A stretch of 64,000 nucleotides of DNA, taken from NCBI RefSeq assembly GCF_000150275.1, contig NW_002060953.1:228286-292285 (forward strand), in the 5' to 3' direction. Numbering within the stretch: position 1 is the stretch's first letter; every line of letters starts with the position of its first letter. Shown here one piece after another: positions 15,101-28,700 of the stretch. A program made the translations under genes and the position numbers. The notes beneath the pieces are model-generated. The model saw only the letters and a list, made by a program, of their open reading frames with translations, ran no database searches and had not been told where the DNA came from. The stretch comes from Trichoplax adhaerens. Its lineage: Eukaryota; Animalia; Placozoa.

Positions 15101-16137
15101 ATACCTACCATAGAGGTAACTGTAATACCTAAAACAACAGTCAGTATTCGATTACGTGATATTTCGTATGCAACACAAGCTAGTAGCTTATTGCAGTACC
15201 ATATTGACTTTTGCTGATAAAGAATTGAAATTGAATTTTAACGAAATTAAGCTCTACATTAGCAGAAATGATCCGTCAGAATTCTTTTATTTCGAGTTCT
15301 CTTAGTACTGTACATCTTAGGGGAAGGCAAATATGTTTGTGTTCATAAATTCTCAACAATAAATTACGCAGTAGTTCGTATAGAGCACAAACTAGGGGTC
15401 TGTCTAGATTTTTTATTACAGTATAACTATGATCATAGCAACAATATGAATAAAGCAATAACGATATCTATATCAACAAACAAGAAGCAGCAAGATATTA
15501 TCCATATAAAAACTCGTGATTTCAATTGTTCAGGATGGTATGGCGTAGATGATAATTTAGCCTTATTTACTTACTTATGAACAAGATAACGGTAAAGATA
15601 CACACATATAAAAAAGCAAGAAGGTATAATTCCTATAAGTACTTGTGATTCCAGTTAATTAGGATACTATAGCACAGATGCTAATTTGGTTCTTATAAGG
15701 AATAGATTACATGCTGTAATAGTTGTGATTGTTTACCAATCGTTATTTTAATAGAATAAGCTGTAATGCATGGATATCGCGGAAACTAGCCTTAGGTTTA
15801 TGATCCTAAGGGCTAGCATCGACTCCAGAAATGAATACTATTGCTTTTGACAAACAAAAATTTAATAGTCTTTGTTACCTAGTTAGATTAGACTATAATA
15901 TCGAGAACGAAAAGACCAGGAACTAAGTCGTGAATAGAATCATTTAGTTTATTCATTAATCGGATCCCTTATTATCGATAAGTTTCGGCTCTTGAATTTC
16001 TTTCGATCTGAAAATTTAAAAACGAATTATGTAGCATACTTTAAAAAGATTTTAGAAAGTTATATGAGAAGATTAAGAAAATAATTTAATATAAAAATTT
16101 TGGTATCAGTAGTTGAAAAACATTCAGGGTAACATAT

Positions 16138-16770
16138 TGTTACAGCGTTATACATTGTAATATCGAGGTTATAGTAGAAACATCTATGTTAAGATAATTT
16201 TGTTGATTTACCCTTATATGAAGAATTTCTAATTTAGATATGGGATATTTAAATATAGCACTAGCTTTTATGGTGATACATACAGCCTACTGAAATTAAA
16301 AGCTTAATTAGGGAATCGAGAATAACCTTCTTAGAATTTAAATCACTGAGATTGAAACTTACTTATGGTAGATAGTAGATTATCGAAGAAATGTTCCGTG
16401 ATGGGACATATTTTAATCTGACAATTTTGTGTTGGTCATTCGATGTCTATGTTCGTATGTACTGTTGTCTTCATTAGGTAGCAGTAGATAAAATTAGCTT
16501 TAGATTCTTTATCAGGCTTCAACGTTAATATTACTAAGTAGAAAGTCTTTGCTATTGTAAAAGAGTATATAAATGCGATAAATCGTACAATAAGTGAGTT
16601 CATATGATTAGTGTTTAACGTAAGATACGAGGCGTCTAAGTCTTTTTGTAGTCTACTCGTATAGGAAAAGTGTTCCTGAAAGAGTAGATACTGCTCCCTG
16701 ATACGTGGTTCAGGGAATCGACTGATTGATCGTGCATTTCGTTATCTTGTTGCAAAGCTGTTTTGTAACA
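16138..16770 (+). mobile_element. Solo LTR, diverged family A subfamily (633 bp)
   Basis: TGTTACA...TGTAACA perfect 7-bp terminal inverted repeat. TSD CATAT (16133-16137, 16771-16775). Alignable by eye to 376-1006 along its whole length, sharing GAAATGTTCCGTGAT and the 3' GTTATCTTGTTGCAAAGCTGTTTTGT. Confidence 0.9.
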
Positions 16771-19088
16771 CATATATACCCTCTGTATACAATAAGAAAT
16801 CACTAATGCGAAACAGATTTAGCTTAAATACAAATACTTTTATTATAGGGCACAAATTTTGAATAAGCTCAATCACTGCGAATAATTGATAATTTTCTTT
16901 ATCAAGATTCCATAAAAAAATATATTAAAGATTTCTATCGATTAATTTATTATAGTAAGCTATTGCATAATTATATTAAGCATAGAATCTTAATTTATAT
17001 TGCGCTACTAATCATTCATTGAATGCCTGTGCTAGTATTTCAAACACGATAAATCATCTTTAATGGACAATGAAAGCCGTTATTAACGATATCAATAGAT
17101 TGATATACATCATCTACTTAGCTTCCGTTAATTTATTTATGTCAATACTCATAATTTATACACGTATATGAGCTATACCTACTATGAGATTAAATAACTT
17201 AAGGATGGATTATAAGGCAAATACTATAGAACAATTATTTATAGACGAAGCTTGAAATAGGAACTTCCATCAAGTTTGCATACTGTACCAGCATGGCCAG
17301 ATGAAAATAAGGGGAAATGAAATCGCATATCGTCTAATTACGTATTTTATGGACCAATGCCTTAATCTAAAATAATTGCTTTTGAGGTATTTAAACATTG
17401 ATTTTATCTCTTTTCCAATTGCAGAAGTCGTGTCATATTTGTAAGATATCAAGTAACTGATCCATTCGTGATTTTTGTTGCTAGTAAGTGTAACTCAATT
17501 ATTTCCACCATTTACATCTTGTACAATAAATTAGATTAAGTTACTGCAGAGGCTAGGTTATCGCCGAAATTTATTCGCTTACGAGTACGATATACTAGTA
17601 ATCATAGTACCTTAATTCTGTTTTAAATTGAAAAATTCATCCTTATTTGTGAAAAAATCCAACCGTATACAACTCTTGAATCAATGTATGAGATAAAATC
17701 TCGTCAATTTTATAAATATACATTTATCGAACTTCATTATTAATAATTCATATTATTACTTTTGCTTAATGCGCTTAAACGCACAACTTCCAGACGAAGC
17801 GATTACTTTTACCGAAACTAAATGAATTTAGATTATTTCCAAATATCGCTTTAAAGCTTTTCCAAATCATATAAATTGACTAAATCTAAGAACGTATTAG
17901 CATTGCATTTGCAATATCAATATAATTTCATATACTTTATCAACATTGAGAGCTCGATATAAGCTGCCTTTATAGTGAAGCCCATCAACGCGTTTTGATT
18001 TATGTTTTAGGATTCAATGAGTTTAACTTTCATGTTAACAACTTTTGTTTATACATTTTTCTTAAGAAAAGTACGCTAAAAATAGGCTATTCTAAAATAA
18101 CGACTCTATTCATTACTTCTTTATTAATATAAAACACGATGTGATAAATTAAATTACTAAGTAAAATCTAGCTAGATTGTTTTACTTGTAAGTATGCTTA
18201 CCAGATTAGAATTTTAGCTGAAACCTTGATATATTTCCAAGACAAACGATGACATATATGATAATAGAAACAATGTGAAATATCTACAGCATGAAAAGTC
18301 ATTTTAACCAATTTTATTTATTCAGGCAATCATGATCGGATAGCATACCATCACTCTTAACACAGTAAATCTATTTTAAATCATTGATAGAAAGTTAAAA
18401 AAGTTCCAACGATCTCACCTAAAAGGGTGCTAACAATTTCGTTTTGGGCATAACTATCGAGGAGATAATAGGCAGCTAAATGTGCATAAACTAGGTGCAA
18501 ATATTACGGACTATTACATTTTATTATCATGACCAATCTTTTAATTATAAATTATTGGATACACTATATATTTATAAAGTATAAATCATTAATTCATCTA
18601 ATATGTTGTATTTCAGATAAAACTATAATAAAGGCCTAATATTGGTTGAACAATAATTAGCTTTCATAAAGGGCGATAGATAACTGACTGAGTAGCTCAA
18701 TCAGCATTTTATAGCCAATGAAAGGAATTGTATAAGCCAATTAAGACTTTACTAGATATTCTATTCAATATTTTTACTGATATACAGTACTGAATTTTAT
18801 TAAGTTGTAAAATAGTTTAAACTATCAATGGTATTGATTGCACAGGTGTACACAAAGTAGCAATCTATTGAAAAGAAAGATGACTAATATAGAGTACGAT
18901 AAACTAATGACGTACTAAAATATACAGTTGTCAAGAGAAGGCAGTATGCAAGATATAAGAATAAACTTAAGAGGAATTAAAACGGTAAACCATTTATTAA
19001 AGTTGATTTGTATGATCGAAATTGAAAACGCAGGATCAATTCATAAAGCCCAAGGCATGATGATTTGGTCAATAATATACTAGGTTAT

Positions 19089-19675
19089 TGTCACAACCCT
19101 CACTTGTGGCAAAGGAAAGTAAAGAAATCTAGTGTAGTTACTTAAAACTTGGGCGATTTCTCCCAGTACTTTCAGTTTCTATGAGAGAAGTATTTGAGAA
19201 CTCGATTTCTCGGCTGATCTCCACAGACAACTGACTAATTATTACACTATTCTTCATGATATGATTCTTGCCGTTTCTTGAGCAATTAATAACTTTATTC
19301 TATAAACACACGTGCTTAAATAGGTTTCTACAGTGAATTCCAATATTAACGAGTGAGAATTCATACTTTAAAAGTTACATTAATTACAATTATACCATTA
19401 CTAAATATACATGTCGATATTCTCAGACTTAGATAGCTACAAGCTATCAGGTGTTAAGACGCTTAACCTTCGTTCATATACAGCTCAATTTTTAGAGATT
19501 AACACAACTTATAAACCTACAGTAAATTAACTGTTAACAACTTCTATTTCTATCTCATTTCTACCATCTTATTATCAGCTACAAGCGCATTAAACATAGC
19601 ACATAACCTTATCTTATCTATTCATAAGCATTCATTAATCAACAGTTACTTAATCAGTAACGGCGTACCGTGACA
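19089..19675 (-). mobile_element. Solo LTR, family D (587 bp)
   Basis: On + it reads TGTCAC...GTGACA (6-bp terminal inverted repeat). Flanks GTTAT (19084-19088) and GTTAC (19676-19680), a 4/5 TSD match. AATAAA on - at 19294-19299. Its - strand end (GGGTTGTGACA) resembles the ends of families A, C and E. Confidence 0.75.
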
Positions 19676-21701
19676 GTTACATAGAAAATATCATCATTCA
19701 CTTAAATGCCAAGTTGTCAACAAAAAAAATGGTAGCTCTCTGGATACACTCTGACTTATTATTACTATATAGAAATTTCTAAAGATAAGGTAATCCTTAA
19801 GGCAAAGCAAATACATAAATATACTACGTTTATATTCTAAATGATACTGCTTTTCTCTTGTTATCAATCAGTAATTGTACCAAATATAATGAACCTCCAA
19901 ACTAAGGTCATTTATCTACATAAATTGGTCGTTATCAGCTATACCAATTGGTCATTGCTACCGACAAATTTATAAAGTAGACAAAATTTCCTAGAGAAAA
20001 TTTCCGTTTTGCGTTCATTTGGATTTCCTAGATTCAGAATATGTCCTAAACTAATTCCGTAAATGAATTTATAAATTTAGAATCCCTTTTTTAAAGTTCT
20101 AGATTTTTAATGATATTAGTTGAAAAAAAAGCCAAATTTAATCCGAGCGTCTTGACTACAAGGGTTCGTGATATAAAATTTGACAGCTATTATATTTTAA
20201 AATTTATAGATATCCTCCTTAATAAAAGACCATCTATTATATGCTACTAGACCATAATAAAAAACATTATTCATAGTTACTGGTAGGCGTGATTAGATAG
20301 CTATTCTATAAATAGCTTACAAGTTACCATTAATTTCAGCGATAATATATATGTATGTTTTATTTAAAATTAAGATAAATTTAAAATTTATGGAGCTGGA
20401 TCTTATAATGGATTAAATTGAAGGCTCCATATAATAGCACAGCCATGTAATGTCGGTAACTAAATTAAATGTAGAGCTTATTCTAATTAGATCTTCATTA
20501 TATTAAACAATTGCAATATTTACAGTATAGGTTTGCATAAACTTACAACATGTTGCGACGTATACCTAGTAATTTTATATTTTGATTATAAACTAAAATG
20601 ACGTATTTCAGATTTTAGTAACCTTAAGTTCAGCATCCCATGATTAATAATAAACACAATTAATATTTGAGAAAGTGCTATATTTTTTATAATTTTACTA
20701 CACTCAGCTTGCTACCAATTATTTTAGTAGACTACCAGTAAAGCTATTACTTTGAGTATCCAGTAACGTAAGCTTTATCTCACCAAAATTTGATGCCATA
20801 AAATGGCGCTTGACTATTTCTCTCACACATGACGTACAACTTGTAACTAAATCAACTGTATTCATATGTAGTTATTTCTGAGTAAGAGAAAATTACGTTA
20901 CGATAACTGAAATCAATTTATCCGTAAAATATACAAGAAGGGTATACATAATATGAGATTGCGTAATTTAGAAGAATAAAATCAAAACTACGATATTACA
21001 TCGGTCTTCTTAACTTAGCATAGTTATAGACTATAAGCCATACAAATAAATAAGATAATTAACATAAGCATTAATTTTAAAATTTACTGGTACATTTCTT
21101 CTCAAGAGTACTTCGCGTATCTAGTTTACTTATACGTGTACATTTTGGGTCTGAATAGTTTTATTATCAGCTTAGAATTGTATAACTGTATCACTTAATC
21201 AAAAAATAATTTGGTAACAGTCACATAGCCTTAAATCGCAACACAAACATACACATATATGTATATAAATCGAAGTTATAATAGGAAAATAAAACTACAG
21301 TACTAAAGCTACTTCTGTAGTATTCCACCAATAAAAACTTATCTATGTAGGGTAGTATTGAAACTATAGCAATTTTCGTTTCTTGCTATTATATTAAAGT
21401 AAGGTACCGTAGTTGACAATTGTGTAAAGCTTGAGAGAAAACTTATGTACAATTAACTACAGTAAGAAATATAGCAGCCTTTAAATTTTAAATTATATTA
21501 TTTCGTCTAACGACTGCAAAGAAGATTTGCCTAGAAAAGTAAATAGTTGCAGATGTGCGTTCAATTATAACTTCATAATATGAGAAAGGCTAAAATATGT
21601 TATTATTTTCATTATTAGCTTCATTTGGTAAGCACAGCCAATTATACAATTTCTTCAGTACTATCAATATATCTCTTGAACAAGTGAAAGCTCAATCGAA
21701 T

Positions 21702-21717
21702 ATGGACGTTAATCAAG
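21702..21717 (+). CDS. Candidate distal alternative first coding exon of the ETS gene (MDVNQ-G)
   Basis: AATATGG start context, then CAAG|GTAAGT consensus donor in phase 1. In-frame upstream ATG at 21597 and a second phase-1 donor TTTG|GTAAGC at 21627. The link to the ETS gene is inferred. Confidence 0.35.
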
Positions 21718-22038
21718 GTAAGTTTATGCATTCCTTATCAAATGAATTATTCATAATTTTAATCTTAATTTGTTATCAGATACTGAGTAGCAACTAGTCA
21801 ATTTAATCTGTATATACTTGTTTCGTCAAACCAAATGAACGAGTATCCTTAATTTTTTACAAATATACCACACTAAAACAGCGTAAATTTATTCAAAAGA
21901 CAAGCTTCATTCATCAATAGTAAAAGACTGATTAGCTGAAATATGTATCATGAAGTTATTACCAGCACTCTGCAAGAACAACATCCATCTCTTGTTTATT
22001 AACTAAATTTCTAATATAAATGGATGCTAATGCTACTC

Positions 22039-22668
22039 TGTCACAAAACAGCTTTGCAACAAGATAACGCAATATACGATCAATAAGTCAATTCCTTGAA
22101 CCACGTATCAAGTAACGATATCTGCACTATCATAAACACTTTTGCTCTACTAGCAGACTACACAAAGACTTAAACGCCTCGTATTTTACGTTAAACACCA
22201 AGTTGGAGAATTCATTTTATTTCACGATATACTGCATTTATATGCTACTCCTCAATAGTTCATGAGTCATAGTTAATACAATTAACATTAGAATCATTTA
22301 CTGAATTAGATATTAATTTTAGCTACTGCTCCCTTAATGCAGACAACAGTATTTACGAATATAGACATGTAATGACTAATACAGAATAGTCAGATTACGA
22401 TATGTCCTATCACGGAACATTTCCATGATAATTTACAGTCTACCATAAGTAAATTACAATCACAATGATTCGAATTGTAAGTAGATGATTTGCATTCCCT
22501 ATTATAACTATTAATTTCAGTATGTGTATAAGTGTCACTGTCATAAAAAGTCAGTGCTATATTAAAACACAGTATATCCAAATTAGAAGTTAACTAAATA
22601 AGGATAGTCTAACAGAATTATCCTAACATAGTTATTTCTACTGTAATACAGTATGTAACACTGTAACA
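22039..22668 (-). mobile_element. Solo LTR, family A copy 2 (630 bp)
   Basis: Reverse complement of 376-1006 with scattered substitutions. Has its own TSD TACTC (22034-22038, 22669-22673). Confidence 0.92.
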
Positions 22669-25216
22669 TACTCATATGCTAATATTTCAAAATTAAATCA
22701 AAATAAATGAATTATTCCGTCTCTTAAGAATATCAAATCAATTTAATTTCAGCCCTGAATCTTATAGCAATTACTAGAAACATTTAATAGAAATGACTGA
22801 AGACTTCGTAAATTTTATTAAAGATAGAACTTCCCTGTAGTAGCAAAATGTGTCACTATGTTTTCACTATTAGCATTTACTTAGTATAGCAGATAAAAAT
22901 CGTTTTCCCTTAAACTTCCAGCACTTTTGCTTCCGTATATAGTCTACATCTTGCTGCATTTGCCGGTCTTTTTCACCTAAATGAGTACTTTACAAATACA
23001 CTATGGGAAATTACTAGTGTTGTAATTATATCTGCGCAGCAATAGCATTATAATTATAGCTAGTAGGAGTATTACGATTGTCAGTACGAAGACTGATTTT
23101 ATCAATGACATTAAATTAACCTCGTTATTCTTAACAGTAATAATCGTGAATTGTAATAATAGTGACTCTATATACCTTAAATAGTGATTTTATTTCCATC
23201 CATTATCGTAATAGAACTTCCGTAATAATGGTAATGAGTCTAAAAATCGTTTTTTAATTTTTATATCTACCATAAATCGTTATTTTCATATATAAGCTAG
23301 TATTAAGTTGCATCTTTATTACATGAAGAATAATTACAAAGTTACTACGTAAGCATCAATCTTCCATTCCAAAACTCCTTTTGTGATATTAAGATATCCT
23401 CTTCAGAGTGTTAGAGGTTCCTAAAAAAATTATCAAAGGGGTTTCCATTGTCAGTACCTAGTACTAAAGTGCGTATTTCAGACATTCAAACTGAATTAGA
23501 AATTTGTCATTTTAAACGCAATTAACTATAATACCAAGCTTTTTAATAGTTTCGACAGAAATAAACATTATAGACTCGCTTTTAGATATATGATATATGA
23601 TATACACCGTACTGTAGGTAGGAGGAGTCTTTCTAAATAAAAAATCGATCTTGATTAAGTTATCAAAAAATACTTCAAGTTTATTGCTGATATGAACAAG
23701 CATTTTATTTTCAATACGAAATAATATTGTAAATTTATAGTTTTGTTCGGCATACGATGGTGATAGGTATCAGAACATAACATGAAAGTACTTATTTCGG
23801 AATGAACATGAATTAGTTTCTAGTCGGCTGCTAGCAAGCATCTTTATTCATCTCAGTATTTCAAATTTTAAATAATTCAACCAGACTCGCTACGTCTACA
23901 TCCTTTTTAATTTTAGCCTAGATATTTTTGTTACTTTCTTGATATTATATGGGACAAAAAACTATTTATTAATCATTTTTTATATAATTTATAAGAGACG
24001 AAATAGTATTAGCTGATTTCTTTCAGCTAGTGCCCACCCTCATTGAGCAATTTATTATAATTCTCTGCCATGCAACGATCCTTTTATTTACCTCATCTCA
24101 TGATAAACAAGTATTATAATACAAATGCTAATAGGTCATTTGTGGCACGTAAATATACATTTCTAAAGAAATAAATCCATGAATAGAAAGTAAAATACAA
24201 GGATCAGGTCGTTATGCAATCTCTTGTCCAATCATCCAAGACACCTTTAATCTTTATTGCTCTTAGTCAGTTAATTTGACAACATCCTTTTAATTCCTAT
24301 TGCTATCGGCAGTAGCTGTACCTTACGAAATCTTAGAGCTTGCTTTGGAATACGTTTACTTCCTGTTACCTTATCTTTTCCATTATCGTCATTAGAAATA
24401 GCTTCTAAAATAGTATCTTCTGCACGTTCCTTTTCCGCATTCCATGCTTTAGTACAAAAGAAGGCATTTAACCTCATTGTCTTGCTTTGAAAATCGATGT
24501 TATCCTAGCTATAGTAAATCGTTTTAAACTATTAACTTCACTTCAAAACATCATTTTAAAAGTTATATTTTAAAATCTAGCTCTAATAGCTAAGTGAAAC
24601 TATATTATAACACACATATATTAAATGTTTAGTAGAAGTATATCGATTATTTGCTAAGTATAAACTTGATTGATAAAAAGTCACTTCTTCAATTACCATC
24701 ATGGCGCGCTAAAGCTCCAATGTTGTGTGTTTTACTTCAGTTGGCATGGAGACATTCTATCATTCGATGCCCTTCTGTTTATCAAAAAATCATCACGGAT
24801 ACTGATAACTATGGCACTATCCTCAACCATAATGCTTTCCTTTCTTTTCGTGTAACTACAAATATATTTCCTATTGCTATATTAACTACCGCATTGCAGT
24901 AATTTTACCTCACACAAAAATTTACTGCCTCAATAATTGTGCCACCCTAACCTTATTTTTTTATGGCATCGTGACTTAACGATTTGTTTTAATCTTATTA
25001 TGTCTTAATTCATCAAAGTAATATTTTTTTACTTTAATAGCGTAGTATTTCTTTAAATTGATACTATATAGCATCATAAGTGTCTTTAGAGAACTGTGAC
25101 GCCTGTCTGAGCGTCCTAAAGCATAGACTAGCATATAGCAGATCAATAGTCATAATTATTCCTTGCTAAGGACGGATGAGGGGGTAATATAGCAACAATG
25201 TAAAACTCTAAGAGCC

Positions 25217-25766
25217 TGTGATATATACCAATCACGAAATTCCAATCTTTAGAAAAATAAGGGCTTTATTGAATCTTATGCTAAGATTAACTACACACAG
25301 CTCTACTCTAGCCGAATACTACTTCTAAAGACTTCTACAACGAACTAACAGAATAATCTAAAGTTGCATGCTTTATACTTTTCGTAGCATTCGCAGCTAC
25401 AATCCGTATGGCAACCTTTTACCTTATATTACACTTAGTTAAATTATTCTTAGTAAGACTATTCTACTGCGGACCATCATTAATCCAATATGGATACGAC
25501 TACAGTACTTACGTAGACATTATTCACACCAGCCAAAGTACAATGAATTAACTATATCCTAATATATGATTTACAGTTCTATTTTTACCTATAGCCTTAT
25601 TAGTAACTCAACCCCTTACTGTATATAGTCATTTGTACTCTAGCATAAAGTCTATACCACTACAGTCTATAGTTACAGCTACCAAATATCTCTTAGGATA
25701 AAAATCTACCGTGCATTATACTAAACATGGCTAACAGTCTACAATCACAATACTAGTTACATTACA
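25217..25766 (-). mobile_element. Solo LTR, family B copy 2 (550 bp)
   Basis: Reverse complement of 9515-10065. TG...CA ends. TSD GAGCC (25212-25216, 25767-25771). Confidence 0.92.
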
Positions 25767-28700
25767 GAGCCTTTGCATGATTGTTTTTCATATTCATATA
25801 TAGCATTAGCTATGCATTATTGCTATTACTTCAATCATTATTACACATCAAAAGGAGCCTTTATCTAATCCATTTCCAAAATAGCGGCAAGTAATATTTT
25901 ATTTATTACCATACAAGATAGAGATAAGCGGATCTGAATATGAGTCTTAATTTCTTCACTTATATTGACTCTCTGCAATCGTAGCTGACATTAAATGCTT
26001 TAATCATGCCATATGAAGTAACGTAGACAAAATATCGCGCTAGCATTTATTCAATTACCTGGTAACTTGTGGTAGTTTTATATAGCAATGCATCTTCATA
26101 TCGTTGTCGGCTTTGCTGATTGCAAATAAGGGCCATAATATGGATTAAAAATCGCAAAACGAATACTCTAAGTTAATTTAAAGCCATTCATCAAGTGGCC
26201 TACAGGTTGATAGAAACTTATTATTCTGTTGTTAGAGCTAAATACTAATCAAATAGTAAAGCCTATCGAAGACTTCATTTATAATCAGACAAATATAAAC
26301 ACTTGCTAATGAAGTGTACAAAGTAAAACCACTACGAGAACCTCTTTCATCCTTCATAATATATATATTACCGTAATGTAAGCAATATTATATATATATA
26401 TACATTACCTGATGTTCCATACGTTAATGCATGATAAACGTGGAAAGAAAATCTGACTTCACATTATTTATTCTATTTTCATTTACTTTATAGAAAAAAT
26501 TTCATAGAATATTAATAAAAGGTGCCAGAATGTAGTATGAAACTAATACTATAAAATTGTCACATTCGCATGCTAAATAGTATTATCGCTAAAATAATTG
26601 GACCATATAGAATCCCCTGTAGCATATCTAATTTAGACGATAGCTTAGAGCGTAACTACAGTTATACTAACGAATAAAAATATCAGATCACACGATTTAA
26701 ATGAATTATACAGTGTTAGCAGTAACTTCATACGTTACTGAAGTACCAGCAACAGACCTCAGTAAACCCATTGAAAACAAGTTAAGCATGTCAGCGTACC
26801 CTCCATATATATAAGCAAGACTGCTTAAGGAGAAACTAAATTTAATCAAATAAGAACTGTAAAGTCGATAAAATCCATAGTCTACCTTATATCAATGATA
26901 TTTCGTTGCATTATATTTTGAGATCACTAAATTCAATCACTTTAGTTACTATATTATGGACCCTATGGTCATAGGGAAGCGTGATATACGATTCATAAGT
27001 CTCTTCTAAGTAAACATCGTATTAGTATCATAAATATAAGCATAATCATAAGTCAGTGATATAAGTATTTTATCTAGTAATATTTACTGACATAACTATG
27101 GCATAAAATAATTATTGCGACTCGAAAACCATAAAAGTATTCGAAGAGTTAAGTATTAGAAATAGCCTTATTTCTCAAAGTGTTTCTTATTATATATAGT
27201 ATAGCCATAGCCCGCTTATAGCAAAGTTCTTATTCATTATGCAAGTACTATACTCGCATTCTAATTTTGCATTATTCCTTGTCTAAATCGACGATCTATG
27301 ACTGTAGCATCCAACATTTAGTTATATTTATCATGATAAAGCAACTAATAATAGCTAATACTAAACTTATTGTTGTTAATCAAACAACACTAAGCATATA
27401 CGTGTCTAACGAGCGTACATTAATCAAGAAAAATACTGTTTTACCTTACGCAATCTTACGATATACGACAATTTAGTATTCTATTTAGGTTTCAAATGCA
27501 TATTCATATTATGAAATATTCACATTATGGTAGCTATACTTAATTCAAACGCAGTTTCGTAAAAGTACTGTAATATATTATTTCTGATTATAATTATACC
27601 AAGATCAATGATATAAAGTAGCTTCTAGTATTACGTAATGCAGCGGACGTTATCATCATACTGAGTGATAAATTTTAGAGTATGCTTTTAAGAAATTGAA
27701 ATAACGTTAATAAATTCTTCTTTACACGAGATTATAGTAGTACCGAATGCATATGAATAATGGTAGCTTTACTAATACCTACTCACTATGAAGCATCAGT
27801 ATTCTAGAACTTGAGCTATCGGTGTCATAATTCTAAAGTACTGCCTTTCAAACACTACCAATTAAAGAAAAATTGGCTAAACCTGACACACCTTTCAGTT
27901 ATTACCCATGCTACCAACAAAGGTGCTTCGGATTAGTTTATTGTCGTTATTTAAGAATACCAGACACATAATTGCCTCAACGACTCTTGCAATACAAGAA
28001 ATAGCAAAGTAATAAGAGTAAATTTTTACTTTTATCCTCAAAACTTTTTCCCTAGCCTTTGCTATACTATCTAGAATTTTACAAAGTATGCACTAATGCA
28101 TCACACAGTATAACGTAACATTTATTCTTTATTGATCATTATCCCTCTCATATACTTATCATTCGTTGTAAACATATTTGTTACGCTATCAGCATGTTTT
28201 TTAATAACAATATTGTTACGATTAAGTTAGCATATACGGATACTTAAAGTAATAAACGATTTCACACATACGTTTATCTTGATTACGAGCTATTTCTAGT
28301 TTCTATATTTCTGATATCTATCTGAGATATATTACTATCCTGTCATAATGTTATCGTGAAGTATAAATCTATTTCTAAGCTATTTTTCTTACTGTGACAA
28401 TACTTTATATATCCATTGATGTCATAATTTCCTTACCCTAGTCAATAAAATAAATATGAGATCATGACATTAATTAACCAGGAAGTAAACAATTATTATA
28501 AGTTAACTTCGAAAAACAGGATGTTCTTTCATTGAAGAAATTGCCAAGACAACATCTTAGAACGCTAATGCTAATTTCAGGAACCCATTTTTAACCTATC
28601 ATACGTCTATTTATCTGCTACGAGTTATCAAAAGATTACTGGCAATAAAATAATTATAAAAGATAGCCTGTATAAATTAAATGATCTCATTAATATAGCT

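Noticed and set aside
24271-24902. Short ORFs of 61-83 aa
   Set aside because: No recognisable domain or coherent splice structure.
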